The position numbers and the translations under genes were made by a program. Of a DNA stretch of 64,000 bases, positions 9,154 through 18,929 are shown one piece after another. Where the stretch lies: IMG/VR virus record IMGVR_UViG_3300020176_000013, positions 6,837-70,836 of that record; one strand, 5' to 3'. The notes under the pieces were generated by a model, which saw only the letters and a list, made by a program, of their open reading frames with translations, did no database searches and was not told the DNA's origin. Source of the DNA: a virus. The number at the start of each line of letters is the position of its first letter. Positions within the stretch are counted from its first letter, which is position 1.

Positions 9154-10813
9154 CCGAGTAGAATTTAAAAACTTTGCCAGTTACGGAAATAGAACACAGG
9201 TCATTGAATTTAATAAAGATAAAAGTGATCTCTATTTAGTACTTGGCGGTAACGGTGCAGGTAAAAGTACATTAGCAAAAGTTATAACCTATTTATGTTA
9301 CGGTAAGGTTGAAGGGGCTAACCTAAAAGATCTACCTAATAGAGTTAACGGTGCTCTTTGGGGTAAGATTTGGATGGAATCAAAAAATAACACGATTGAA
9401 ATTGAAAGAGGTATTAATCCAGGAATATTTAATGTAAAGATAAATGGATCCGAATATGATGTTGCAGGAAAGAGTAATTTACAGGACTTCTTAGAAACAG
9501 AGATCTATGAAATCCCTTATCATGTATTTAAGAATGTAATTATTTTATCCGTTAACGACTTTAAGTCATTTATTACGATGTCACCTTATGATAAGAAAAG
9601 AATCATTGATAAGATATTTGGTTTTTCCATTATTAATGAAATGGCTGAGGCTGTAAAAGAACAACGCCGAAGTATCATTGATGAAATTAGAACATATGAA
9701 GATGAAATCCGAACACTTAATGATTCTATTGATTCTGTCTTAGAAAAAATTGAACAATATGAAAAGGTAAGTAAGGATAAAGATGCTGAAAAGATTAAGT
9801 CTCTAAAAGAAAATCTTGTAACATTAAACGGCCAACGAAAAAAATTACTAGAGATAACACAAGACACTAAAACCAAGTTGGAGTCTTTAGATACAGAATC
9901 TAGGAAAAAGAATAATCAAAAATCAAATCTTAATAACAAGATTAATACAGTTAAGAAGGAGCTTAAGCTTTACGAAAATAATACATGCCCTACATGTACC
10001 GCTCCTCTTAATTCTGATTTTCATTTAGATATTAAAAAAGAAAAGGAAGAAAAATTAGATACTCTCTTTTCTGAATGGAATGTAATTAAAGAAGAAGCTG
10101 AAAAGGCAGAAGCTGATTTAGTTGATCTTAGAGGTAAAGGTAGAAAAATACATGTTAAAGTCGGACAGTTAGAAACACAGATGGAAGGTATTAAAGATAA
10201 ACTAATTGAATTGGCGGATAAAGATGAGTCAGAGTCTTCTTCCCATCTAAAGCAATTAGTTAAAGAATTTACCGATAAGAAAAAAGATAAGAATCAAGGA
10301 AAATTAAAAAGTGAAGGAGAAGATTATTATCTTACTATCTTGGAAAATATTATGGGTGAGGATGGTATTAAGAACCTGGCGGTAAGATCCATTCTACCAT
10401 CGTTCAATAATCATATTCTTTTAATGGGTCGTGAAATGGGAATACCTTTTGGTATCCGATTTAATGAAAAGTTTTACTGCTCTCTCCATCATTTAGGAAC
10501 TGAAATTAGTCCAAAGACGTTAAGTACAGGGGAAAAGAAAAAGGTTGACTTTGTAATTATTATGGCTTTAATGAAAATGATTAAAGTTAGGTTCCCATCG
10601 CTTAATATTCTGTTTTTGGATGAAATCTTCTCATCTATCGACTCGGATGGTGTATACCATATAATTAACATACTTCATAATACAATTCAAGATATAGGCC
10701 TTAATACCTTTGTTATCAACCATACTGTATTACCAAGTGAATACTTTGATAAGAAGATAGAAATTACTAAAGATGCAGGTTTTAGCGAATTTAACATTGA
10801 ATCTATTGGATAA
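9143..10813 (+). CDS. gp46: Rad50/SbcC-like ATPase (gp46)
   Basis: GGNGAGKST, CPTC zinc hook, LSTGEK signature, FLDEIFSSID. Confidence 0.93.
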   Translation: MKINRVEFKNFASYGNRTQVIEFNKDKSDLYLVLGGNGAGKSTLAKVITYLCYGKVEGANLKDLPNRVNGALWGKIWMESKNNTIEIERGINPGIFNVKINGSEYDVAGKSNLQDFLETEIYEIPYHVFKNVIILSVNDFKSFITMSPYDKKRIIDKIFGFSIINEMAEAVKEQRRSIIDEIRTYEDEIRTLNDSIDSVLEKIEQYEKVSKDKDAEKIKSLKENLVTLNGQRKKLLEITQDTKTKLESLDTESRKKNNQKSNLNNKINTVKKELKLYENNTCPTCTAPLNSDFHLDIKKEKEEKLDTLFSEWNVIKEEAEKAEADLVDLRGKGRKIHVKVGQLETQMEGIKDKLIELADKDESESSSHLKQLVKEFTDKKKDKNQGKLKSEGEDYYLTILENIMGEDGIKNLAVRSILPSFNNHILLMGREMGIPFGIRFNEKFYCSLHHLGTEISPKTLSTGEKKKVDFVIIMALMKMIKVRFPSLNILFLDEIFSSIDSDGVYHIINILHNTIQDIGLNTFVINHTVLPSEYFDKKIEITKDAGFSEFNIESIG

Positions 10814-10838
10814 ATAAACTATAAATTAAATTCAGTGG

Positions 10839-11828
10839 ATGAGTGCCTATAATCAGGAATACAACAAGGATAATACTATATTAAGATACTTAGTAGTATC
10901 AATGCTAGCAGAATTAAGTGAAAAGGTCTATTACTATAACCAGGTAGATGAAACTACTCTTAAAAAGATTAATGTACCTTTCTTCTATTCTATCTCTGGT
11001 AATGAAAGATTTCTTTTAGATAATTTTATGTTTGATGCGGAAGCCTCTGGTAAGGCCATAGGCGATTATGAAGTAGTACCTAGAGGTATCTTACAGATGA
11101 ATTCAATGTCTATTGATTCATCGGCCCAAACAAATAAATTCACGAGAGCCGAATTTGTAAGAGAGTGGGAAGGTGTTTTAAAAACATTTTCGCTGGAGAC
11201 TAATTTCTTACCGGTGACTATGGGGTTTGGCGTAACATTAATATGTTCTAATAACCTAGAAATGCTAAAAATTACTGAAGCTGTCATGAGCAAGCTTTAC
11301 AAAGGGACTCTTTTTAGTTGTGATTTAGGTATGATGAGAGTCCAGGCAAGCATGTCAGTACCAGAAGATTATTCACAGGATAGGTTATTTGAGTGGGGAC
11401 TTAATGACAAAAAAGAATTTCAGGTTACTTTTGATATGGAATTAAGATCTTTTATGCCTGTTTTTGAAAATGGTATTTTATTGCCTGAAATAGATTTTAT
11501 AACTAAAGAAGCAATAAAGAATAACCCGGATGCAAATGGCGTTGGACAATTTAGATGTGGGGCGGATGGGGATATAGGAATTTACTTTGGTGGTGTATTC
11601 CAGAAATTTGTGTTTACCGATGAAAATATTATTAAGGCGCCTGAACAATCGTTACAAAGCAATTTATCATATACAGATCCTAACAGTAAACAAACCGGTG
11701 GACCTTATGATGTTAGGGAAATAGATACTTCTAAAAAAGAAAAAGAAAGTGAATTAAGTAAAAGCTACAGAAATGCTAATGCTAGAATTAATTCAGATAA
11801 TTCAGGATTAGGTTCAGTAGATAATTAA
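10839..11828 (+). CDS. Tail terminator / sheath stabiliser (gp15-like)
   Basis: INVPFFY...ERFL, VPRG...SMSID, PVTMGF pattern; late-type promoter upstream. Confidence 0.6.
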   Translation: MSAYNQEYNKDNTILRYLVVSMLAELSEKVYYYNQVDETTLKKINVPFFYSISGNERFLLDNFMFDAEASGKAIGDYEVVPRGILQMNSMSIDSSAQTNKFTRAEFVREWEGVLKTFSLETNFLPVTMGFGVTLICSNNLEMLKITEAVMSKLYKGTLFSCDLGMMRVQASMSVPEDYSQDRLFEWGLNDKKEFQVTFDMELRSFMPVFENGILLPEIDFITKEAIKNNPDANGVGQFRCGADGDIGIYFGGVFQKFVFTDENIIKAPEQSLQSNLSYTDPNSKQTGGPYDVREIDTSKKEKESELSKSYRNANARINSDNSGLGSVDN

Positions 11829-11871
11829 CTCTAAGATCTTAGAATATATAAAACAAATCAAATTCTATAAT

Positions 11872-13836
11872 ATGGAAAAAGTTATTAAAGAAGGACAAAC
11901 TCAGGTTTACATGGATGGTGCAATTGAGCAACAGGCCGGAGTAAATACTGATGCACCTTACCTTAATACACCTAACCAGCAGTTAATTGACATTGTTGGT
12001 GTTTTGTTTGCCCAGAGTGGTAAAACTAAACTTGATGGTAGAAATGGTAAGGTTGTTGAAAGTGGTCCAATGACAGACTCACAAGTATTAGCTATCCTAG
12101 TTGGAATGGGAATTCCCCAACAATTAGGAATGAGTGCTATTAATGCCTTCAAAGGAAATCAAATTACTGAAAACAATAATAAACAAAAAAATCATAACAA
12201 AATGAACTTTACACTTGCCGAACTGCATGAAAATGTTATGAAGAGCATTAATGCCTTAAACGAAATGAACTCTGATCAATCCAGAGTTTCTTATTCTGCT
12301 AAAAATGCACTTAACATTTTAGAAGAATCTCTTAAGGCGTTTCCAATGAGATTTAAAAACGAGGAAACAGAAGTAATCAGTGAAGAAATTGAAAACAGTG
12401 TTAATCCTATGCTTAAGTTTAGCATTGCAAAACAACTTCACAGAGACCTTGCTTCTTCTGAATGGTTAAACCCAATTAAAGAATTAAGATCTTATATTGC
12501 TGGGGCTTATACAGATACTAAATGGTCTTTCAGAATTTCTGAAGCAATCGAAAGAACAAAAGGCCAAAGAGGTAAACTTTATGAAGGTCTTGTTAATGAC
12601 TTAGAAGGTCTTCTTACTGAATCTTCTGATTCTATTAAGACTAAATTCTCTGCTATTGCTGCTAAGAACCCATGGTCTTTAGATTGTAAAGCCATTGTAA
12701 ATGAAATGAAGGCAGAAGATAATAAGGCAATTGAAAATGGCGGTGGAGCTATTTCTACTATTCTTTCACCAGTATTGGAATCTGAAAATGGATTAACATT
12801 CCACCTACACGGTAAGAATTACATTTTTGATGGAAAGACAATTTCTGAAACTAAAGTTGAAGATGCTAGATTCTTTGACGTATTGGAAGGTTTAGGAATG
12901 TTTAAAAATATGAACGGTACTTTAGTTACTTTCGGTGAAAGCGGTAAAACTTTAGAATACAACTTAACTGAAGGTACTCTTAAGCTTGGTAATGTTGATT
13001 TATCAAATTCAAGTATCATTGAAGTAAAAGAAGCATTAATGGTTAACAACTTCTTTGGTTACAGAAATCAATGGAAAATTAATAATGTATGTAAGTTCTT
13101 TGAATCTGTTGATCTTCTTGCTGAAATGGATAACTTTACAAACATTACATCAACTGAATTTACAAATCTTTTCTTAACACTTATTGGAGTACAGGAAGGT
13201 ATCTATGTAAATAAGGTTAATTCTGCAATGCACTTAAATGAAATGGTATTAGTAGAATCTGCAACTGAAACCGTTAAGTTAGTAAAAGAATTTATTAACT
13301 ACGATGCTAGCCCAATTCTTTCTGAAAGACTTATTGCTGAAAATGATGAAGCTGCTAAAGTAGAAAAAGAAAGATCTGAGATTTCTGATAAGATTTCTTT
13401 CTTAGAAGAAAAGAAAGCTAAAGTTAAGGAAGCAATTAACAAGCTTGGTGAAACTGAAGAACTTACTGAAGCAATGAATCTGTTGGAAGAAGAAATTTCT
13501 AAATTTGAAAAATCTTTACAAGAAACTTATGACAGAGTTGTATTAGGTGGAAATAAAGGTGATAAATCTAAAACTCATAAAGGTGAAGATTATGAGGAAG
13601 AGGATGAAAAGGACGAATCAGTAACAGAAAAAAAAAGTCGTAAAGAATACCTAGACGATGGATTCGTTGAGGCTGAGGTAAACAAAAGCGGAAACGGTCT
13701 TAGAAAAGGACAAGAAGTTTATGTAAGTGCTGAAGACTATACTTCTCTTGGTGATAGCGATTCATTAGAATGTATAGATTACAAAACAGGTAAAACAACA
13801 ATCTGCCCAAAAGGTCAACTTAACGTTAAGATCTAA
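11872..13836 (+). CDS. Large coiled-coil virion/prohead-core-like protein
   Basis: Late motif upstream, many (I/L/V)xE protease-type sites, acidic C-terminal coiled coil. Confidence 0.55.
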   Translation: MEKVIKEGQTQVYMDGAIEQQAGVNTDAPYLNTPNQQLIDIVGVLFAQSGKTKLDGRNGKVVESGPMTDSQVLAILVGMGIPQQLGMSAINAFKGNQITENNNKQKNHNKMNFTLAELHENVMKSINALNEMNSDQSRVSYSAKNALNILEESLKAFPMRFKNEETEVISEEIENSVNPMLKFSIAKQLHRDLASSEWLNPIKELRSYIAGAYTDTKWSFRISEAIERTKGQRGKLYEGLVNDLEGLLTESSDSIKTKFSAIAAKNPWSLDCKAIVNEMKAEDNKAIENGGGAISTILSPVLESENGLTFHLHGKNYIFDGKTISETKVEDARFFDVLEGLGMFKNMNGTLVTFGESGKTLEYNLTEGTLKLGNVDLSNSSIIEVKEALMVNNFFGYRNQWKINNVCKFFESVDLLAEMDNFTNITSTEFTNLFLTLIGVQEGIYVNKVNSAMHLNEMVLVESATETVKLVKEFINYDASPILSERLIAENDEAAKVEKERSEISDKISFLEEKKAKVKEAINKLGETEELTEAMNLLEEEISKFEKSLQETYDRVVLGGNKGDKSKTHKGEDYEEEDEKDESVTEKKSRKEYLDDGFVEAEVNKSGNGLRKGQEVYVSAEDYTSLGDSDSLECIDYKTGKTTICPKGQLNVKI

Positions 13837-13851
13837 TCATACCCATAATCT

Positions 13852-13889
13852 AAAAGCCGGTAGTCAATAATAAACTATCGGCTTTTTTT
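13852..13889 (+). terminator. Intrinsic terminator overlapping the next promoter
   Basis: AAAAGCCGGTAGT...ACTATCGGCTTTT followed by a T run. Confidence 0.75.
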
Positions 13890-13917
13890 GTATATAATAA
13901 TAAATAAAACACATGGG

Positions 13918-14283
13918 ATGGCTAGAAAAAGAAATTACCTAAATAATAGAGATCTGCTTGAAGAGATAAAAAAATCTAAAGAGCAAGATGAATTAACACC
14001 AAAGGCATTAGAATTCCTAATGCTATTAGCAGATAAATGTTCAAGAAAATTATCATATGCAAATCCTGACGATAGGGATGATTGTATAGCTTATGCTTAT
14101 ATGGATCTTTACAGGTACTGGAGAAACTTTAATCCAGAGAAAAGTACTAATGCATTTGCATATTTTACTGAAATAGCAAAGAGAGGCTTTGCAAAGGGGT
14201 GGAATAAATTACATCCAAAGAAATATGCTGGAACTGTATCAATTAATGGAAGTGCAGACAGTGACGGTATCTATACGATTTAA
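13918..14283 (+). CDS. gp55: Late-transcription sigma factor (gp55-like)
   Basis: NYLNNRDLLEEI and NFNPEKSTNAFAYFTEIA motifs typical of gp55 homologues; ATG at 13918 preferred. Confidence 0.8.
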   Translation: MARKRNYLNNRDLLEEIKKSKEQDELTPKALEFLMLLADKCSRKLSYANPDDRDDCIAYAYMDLYRYWRNFNPEKSTNAFAYFTEIAKRGFAKGWNKLHPKKYAGTVSINGSADSDGIYTI

Positions 14284-14288
14284 ACTTA

Positions 14289-14765
14289 ATGAGTATAAAG
14301 AAAGTAAAACCAACTTCAAAGTCAGGATTTAAACAAGGATATTATAAACCTCATCATCCTAAAAAGTATATGGGACCAGGTCCTATTATCTATAGAAGTA
14401 GTTGGGAGAGAAAGTTTTGTCATTGGTGTGATCATAATGAAGATGTTATAAATTGGATATCTGAACCTTTTTCTATAAAGTATTTTAATATCTTAGATAA
14501 AAAGTTTCATAATTATTATCCAGACTTTTATGTTAAAATGAATAAGAATGGTATCGTTGAAGAGTATGTGGTTGAAATTAAACCAAAAGCCCAGCTACAA
14601 AAACCAAAGGCACCAAAAAGAAAAACTGCAAAGGCTATGAAGAATTTCCAATACGGATATGAAACTTATGTTAAAAACCTTTGTAAGACTGAAGCATTAA
14701 ATAAAGCAGCTCAATTGAGAAACTTTAAAGTAATGCTATTAACCGAAGATTCAAAGTTATTCTAA
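14289..14765 (+). CDS. gp4: Head completion protein (gp4, TnsA-like nuclease fold)
   Basis: IIYRSSWERKF, WISEP, YYPDF, VEIKP. Confidence 0.88.
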   Translation: MSIKKVKPTSKSGFKQGYYKPHHPKKYMGPGPIIYRSSWERKFCHWCDHNEDVINWISEPFSIKYFNILDKKFHNYYPDFYVKMNKNGIVEEYVVEIKPKAQLQKPKAPKRKTAKAMKNFQYGYETYVKNLCKTEALNKAAQLRNFKVMLLTEDSKLF

Positions 14766-15340
14766 TGGCAATAGTAGGATCATTTACTGAAGATTTGGAT
14801 ATTTACCTTGCAGAAAATAAAGGTCGTACTGGAGCATCTAAAGCATCTGCAAACGATTTATATAAAGTAGGTGTAAAAGATACTGGTGTTTTAGAAAACG
14901 GGAAAATGTATTGCTTTGAATATTTTACGCCTGACGAATTTTTCTATGATACTAACCCAATTGTTTTAGGACTAGGTAAAAGTATAGATAATCATCAGCT
15001 TGGGATAAATTTACATTATATTCCCTATGAAGCAAGAATACCATTTCTTACCGATGTAGTTAGATCTTTTCAGAGTGTTATAGCTCAACAGCTAAAAGGT
15101 GCAACTGGGAATCCTAAATCACAAGGTAGTCTTAAAGAATTTACTTATGATAATTTAAAGTCTTCGTTGGCAAGAAAATACAATCTTACTTATGCAATAA
15201 GACAATACAGATTAGATAGAATCAGAAAACCTAAAGTATTAGGTTATGAAGATTGGTACATTGGTGCTGTTAATAACCAAAACAAATTTTTTGGAGGAAA
15301 CATTAACGAGGCACAAGCATTATATTACAAGAATATATAA
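14765..15340 (+). CDS. gp2: DNA end protector (gp2-like)
   Basis: YDTNPIV...GINLHYIP motif; adjacent to gp4. Confidence 0.75.
   Translation: MAIVGSFTEDLDIYLAENKGRTGASKASANDLYKVGVKDTGVLENGKMYCFEYFTPDEFFYDTNPIVLGLGKSIDNHQLGINLHYIPYEARIPFLTDVVRSFQSVIAQQLKGATGNPKSQGSLKEFTYDNLKSSLARKYNLTYAIRQYRLDRIRKPKVLGYEDWYIGAVNNQNKFFGGNINEAQALYYKNI
15332..15340 (+). promoter_or_regulatory. Representative late promoter RATAWATAA (about 18 copies)
   Basis: Seen at 10809, 11843, 15332, 17027, 18844, 20756, 28156, 30409, 33108, 36365, 37019, 51933, 55565, 58688, 60142, 62847 and on the minus strand at 23147-23155, mostly before virion and lysis genes. Confidence 0.75.
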
Positions 15341-15358
15341 ACAATAAAAGATAATAAT

Positions 15359-17008
15359 ATGGCAGGTTTTACTGATAGAAGAGGACCATTAAGTACTGGT
15401 AATCCCGTTAGAAAAATTCTTAAGGATCTTTCTAATTTAGGTATGGCATATGATGATATGATCATACGCAATTCTCGTGCTGTTGGTTTTACTGAAAATC
15501 AAATGGGTTATACATTTAACCCTATGGGCTCTGATTCTGATGATATGTATAGCGCATTTGCTGCATTATCATTAACGGATACTTCAATGAAAAAGAATAT
15601 CTCTATCTTTGATAAAGATTATGAAAGAAAGAGAGACCAACTTAGAGAATATGCAGTACAAGATGAAATAGAAGATATCCTAGATGTAATAACCGATGAA
15701 GCAATTGTTTTTGATGAAAGTAATTATATGGCGTATGCAGACTTTCATGGTCATATTGCATCATCCATTGAAGATGAAATTGGGGATATTTACAATAACA
15801 TTTATAATTACTTTGGTTTTAACGATTCAGTATCTCCCTGGAATTATTTTAGAAAATGGTTAGTTGATGGGTTTCTTGCATTTGAAATAGTTTACAATGA
15901 TAAGCAAACAGAGATTATTGGATTCAAAGAATTAGATCCTATCTCCTTAATGCCAGGTATTGATACTGATACTGGTAAAAAACAATGGGTACAATACAAA
16001 GGACAAGGCGCCAAAGAAAGAAAGCTTTGGGATTCTCAAATTATTTACCTTTCTTACTCTCAGGTTAATTCCCCTATGAGAATATCTTACGTTGAAAGAT
16101 TAATAAGATCATTTAACCTTTTAAGAATTATGGAAACAACCAGAATTATATGGGCTGTTTCTAATGCTTCCTTTAAGACTCAATTTATTATCCCGGTAGG
16201 TGGTAAATCTAAAACAAGAGCAAAACAATCATTGGCACAGTTAATGAATTCCTACAGAGAAGTTGTTGATTTTAACCAAGAAAGCGGCGAAATTGTTACA
16301 AATGGTAAACCAATGTTACCTTTTAATAAAGAATATTGGTTACCATCTAAAGATGGTGAATCACCAGAAATAAGCACAATCGGTGGAGATGGTCCAGATT
16401 TAGGAGATACTGAATCTCTTAAGTATTTTGCTGATCGTTTAAAGTTAGCTTCTAAGATTCCTTTTTCTAGATTTGATAAAGAAGGTGGTAATACTTATGA
16501 TATGGATGCCAGTGGTATGTTAAGAGATGAAATTAAGTTTTCTAAATTTATTAATAGATTAAGATCAATTTGGCAAGAAATCTTAGTTAAGCCAGTATAT
16601 CTTCAAATGTGTCTTAATCACCCAGAATTAAAAAATGATGTTTCTTTTAAATCTGGCTTAGGACTTAATTTTGTTAAGGATAATGTATTTGAAGAAATGA
16701 AAGAAATGGAATTGCAAACCAAGAGAGTTGATTTCATTGGTAATCTGAAAACTCAATTAAGTACAATGACAGCAGAAATGGAGGAAATTCCATACTTTGA
16801 TTTAGGATTCCTTGTTAAGAGATATGGTGGATTTACTCGTGAGGATTTAAAGGCCAATGCAAGAGCTAAAGAAAGAGCCGATTTAGAGAAGGAAGGTTAT
16901 AAAGAAGAGGATATTGAAAAGATCCTTTTAGGGGCCGATAAGGCTGATTTTAAACCAGAAAAGAAAGCAGATGGAATAGATGAAGATCCATTAGCCGGCT
17001 TTGGATAA
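15359..17008 (+). CDS. gp20: Portal protein (gp20)
   Basis: FRKWLVDG, EYWLP, LKYF...KIPFSR, RDEIKFSKFINRLR. Confidence 0.92.
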   Translation: MAGFTDRRGPLSTGNPVRKILKDLSNLGMAYDDMIIRNSRAVGFTENQMGYTFNPMGSDSDDMYSAFAALSLTDTSMKKNISIFDKDYERKRDQLREYAVQDEIEDILDVITDEAIVFDESNYMAYADFHGHIASSIEDEIGDIYNNIYNYFGFNDSVSPWNYFRKWLVDGFLAFEIVYNDKQTEIIGFKELDPISLMPGIDTDTGKKQWVQYKGQGAKERKLWDSQIIYLSYSQVNSPMRISYVERLIRSFNLLRIMETTRIIWAVSNASFKTQFIIPVGGKSKTRAKQSLAQLMNSYREVVDFNQESGEIVTNGKPMLPFNKEYWLPSKDGESPEISTIGGDGPDLGDTESLKYFADRLKLASKIPFSRFDKEGGNTYDMDASGMLRDEIKFSKFINRLRSIWQEILVKPVYLQMCLNHPELKNDVSFKSGLGLNFVKDNVFEEMKEMELQTKRVDFIGNLKTQLSTMTAEMEEIPYFDLGFLVKRYGGFTREDLKANARAKERADLEKEGYKEEDIEKILLGADKADFKPEKKADGIDEDPLAGFG

Positions 17009-17054
17009 AAAGTTTACAAAGATTGTAATATATAAATCAAATAACTAGTAGAAA

Positions 17055-18848
17055 ATGTCAGGAAAAAAATTATTGATTCTTGAGAGAGCAAAGTCAAACC
17101 TAGATATAACTACCGGCGAGGACGGTTCGGTTGTATTGGAAGGTGTCTTTACCGAGTTTGGTGTTCGTAACAAGAATAACAGAATATATGAGGAAAAGGA
17201 AGTAATGCCTCATATTAATGAATTACAAGAAAAAGTTAAAACCAATAAGCTTTTAGGTGAATTAGATCACCCTAAAGATTTTGATGTTAGTTTGGCTAAT
17301 GTGTCTCATGTTGTTGAATCATTAGATTACGATCCTGCTAAAAAGCAAGTTATTGGTAAAATTAGATTATTAAATACATCTAAAGGTAAAGAAGCACAAG
17401 CTCTTATTAAAGATGGCATCCCTTTACATATTTCTAGTAGAGCTGCCGGTACGGTAGATGAAAATGGTAAAGTTAAAATTAAGAAATTCTTTACTTATGA
17501 CTTAGTAGCAGATCCTGGCTTTGAAAATGCTGAGTTATCAAGAGTAAATGAATCTTTTGGTTTTGGTAATGATGAAGGTATATTAATCTACGAAATGGAA
17601 GAAACTGAAAATAACACCGATAATAAAAAAGATCTAACAATGGAAAATAACAATTTTGTAACTGTTGAAGATTTTCAAAAGTATACGGAATATGTATCCG
17701 GAGTTCTAAGTAATGTTAAAGAATCGGCCAATTCTAACAATGATGAGGTGATCGAGAAACTTATTAAGTATTCCGAGCATATTGCAGAGAAGGTAAATCA
17801 GGTTACTGATTATGCTGAATACTTATCTGAAAATCTAGATAAAAACATTTCATACTCTGATTACTTAGCAGAGAATGTAAATTCAATTAAAGACTATGCG
17901 TCTTACTTGGCCGAAGAACTTGACGGAAGTATTCAATATGCTGAACATGTAGCTGAAATGGCTGATAAAGGAATTCAATATTCTAACTATGTTGCTGAAA
18001 ACTTAGAAAAGAGCATTGACTATTCCGAATATGTAGCCGAAAAGGTTGATCAAAACATTGCTTATTCTGAGTATCTTGGCGAAGGTCTTGAAAAGAGTAT
18101 TAAGTATTCTGAGTACATCGCTGAAAATGTAAACTCTGTTGAAGGTGAAGCACTTAACGAAGGAATGGCTGTAAACGCTGAAGCTATGCCATCAATGGAA
18201 GAAATGCAAAAGATGGTCGATGAAGGAATGACATATGAACAAGTTTGTGAACAATATCCTTCATGCGATAAGGCAAGATTAAAAGAAATGTATGAAGCTT
18301 GTGGTAAGAAGCACGAAGGAAAGGATTACAAAAATTCTATTGAAGAAAAATTAGATAAACTGATTGCTGCTGCAGAAACTAAAAATGTATCCGAAATGCA
18401 TTTTATGAACTTCTTAGGAGAGGCTAAGAAGAATGAATTTAATTCTTTATCCGAAAATAAGCAAGCTGCAATAGTTGAATCAATGAATGCTCAACCAATT
18501 ATGTCTACTATTCAGGCAGAAAACATTTGGGAATCTAATTTCATTGAAAAGAAAAGAGAATTAAATGTAATTGATGATATGCCTGAAAAGTTCAGAGCAA
18601 AATGGAATAACCTTTCTGAAGCTCGCCAAGCTCAAATCATCGCGGAATCTAAATTCCACCCAGTTAATAACCAATACGGCATTAACAACTTCTGGTCTAC
18701 AAGAGATCTTAGAGATACTCAAGTTATAACAGAATCCATTAATGAAAGTAAAACCGCTGCTGAGGCTGCAAACAAAAAAGAACCATTAGTAAATGAATCT
18801 TTTGCTGCTGACCTTATCAACAAAGTTAAGTTTAATCTGGGTAAATAA
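17055..18848 (+). CDS. gp21: Prohead protease (gp21) fused to a scaffolding/core (gp22-like) region
   Basis: NKNNRIY, LGELDHP, ISSRAAG, YDLVADPG, followed by a long helical repeat region. Confidence 0.88.
   Translation: MSGKKLLILERAKSNLDITTGEDGSVVLEGVFTEFGVRNKNNRIYEEKEVMPHINELQEKVKTNKLLGELDHPKDFDVSLANVSHVVESLDYDPAKKQVIGKIRLLNTSKGKEAQALIKDGIPLHISSRAAGTVDENGKVKIKKFFTYDLVADPGFENAELSRVNESFGFGNDEGILIYEMEETENNTDNKKDLTMENNNFVTVEDFQKYTEYVSGVLSNVKESANSNNDEVIEKLIKYSEHIAEKVNQVTDYAEYLSENLDKNISYSDYLAENVNSIKDYASYLAEELDGSIQYAEHVAEMADKGIQYSNYVAENLEKSIDYSEYVAEKVDQNIAYSEYLGEGLEKSIKYSEYIAENVNSVEGEALNEGMAVNAEAMPSMEEMQKMVDEGMTYEQVCEQYPSCDKARLKEMYEACGKKHEGKDYKNSIEEKLDKLIAAAETKNVSEMHFMNFLGEAKKNEFNSLSENKQAAIVESMNAQPIMSTIQAENIWESNFIEKKRELNVIDDMPEKFRAKWNNLSEARQAQIIAESKFHPVNNQYGINNFWSTRDLRDTQVITESINESKTAAEAANKKEPLVNESFAADLINKVKFNLGK
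17770..18130 (+). repeat. 14-aa tandem protein repeat (Y[S/A]EY[L/V]AE[N/K]xxxxIx), about 9 copies
   Basis: YAEYLSENLDKNIS / YSDYLAENVNSIKD / YSNYVAENLEKSID / YSEYVAEKVDQNIA / YSEYLGEGLEKSIK. Confidence 0.85.
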
Positions 18849-18929
18849 ATAAAGAAATTCAATCTTATAGTTAAGAAGCAAAAAACTAAAGATAGATTAT
18901 ACAAAAAGTGCAAAAAATAAAATACTAAA

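Noticed and set aside
13628-13636. Second A9 run as a frameshift site
   Set aside because: The ORF reads through in frame and the -1 frame stops almost immediately, so nothing requires recoding here (a truncated isoform cannot be excluded).
14289-14765. TnsA-like nuclease as a Tn7 transposon gene
   Set aside because: Its context next to gp2 and the portal identifies it as the gp4 head-completion protein; there are no tnsB/C genes or transposon ends.
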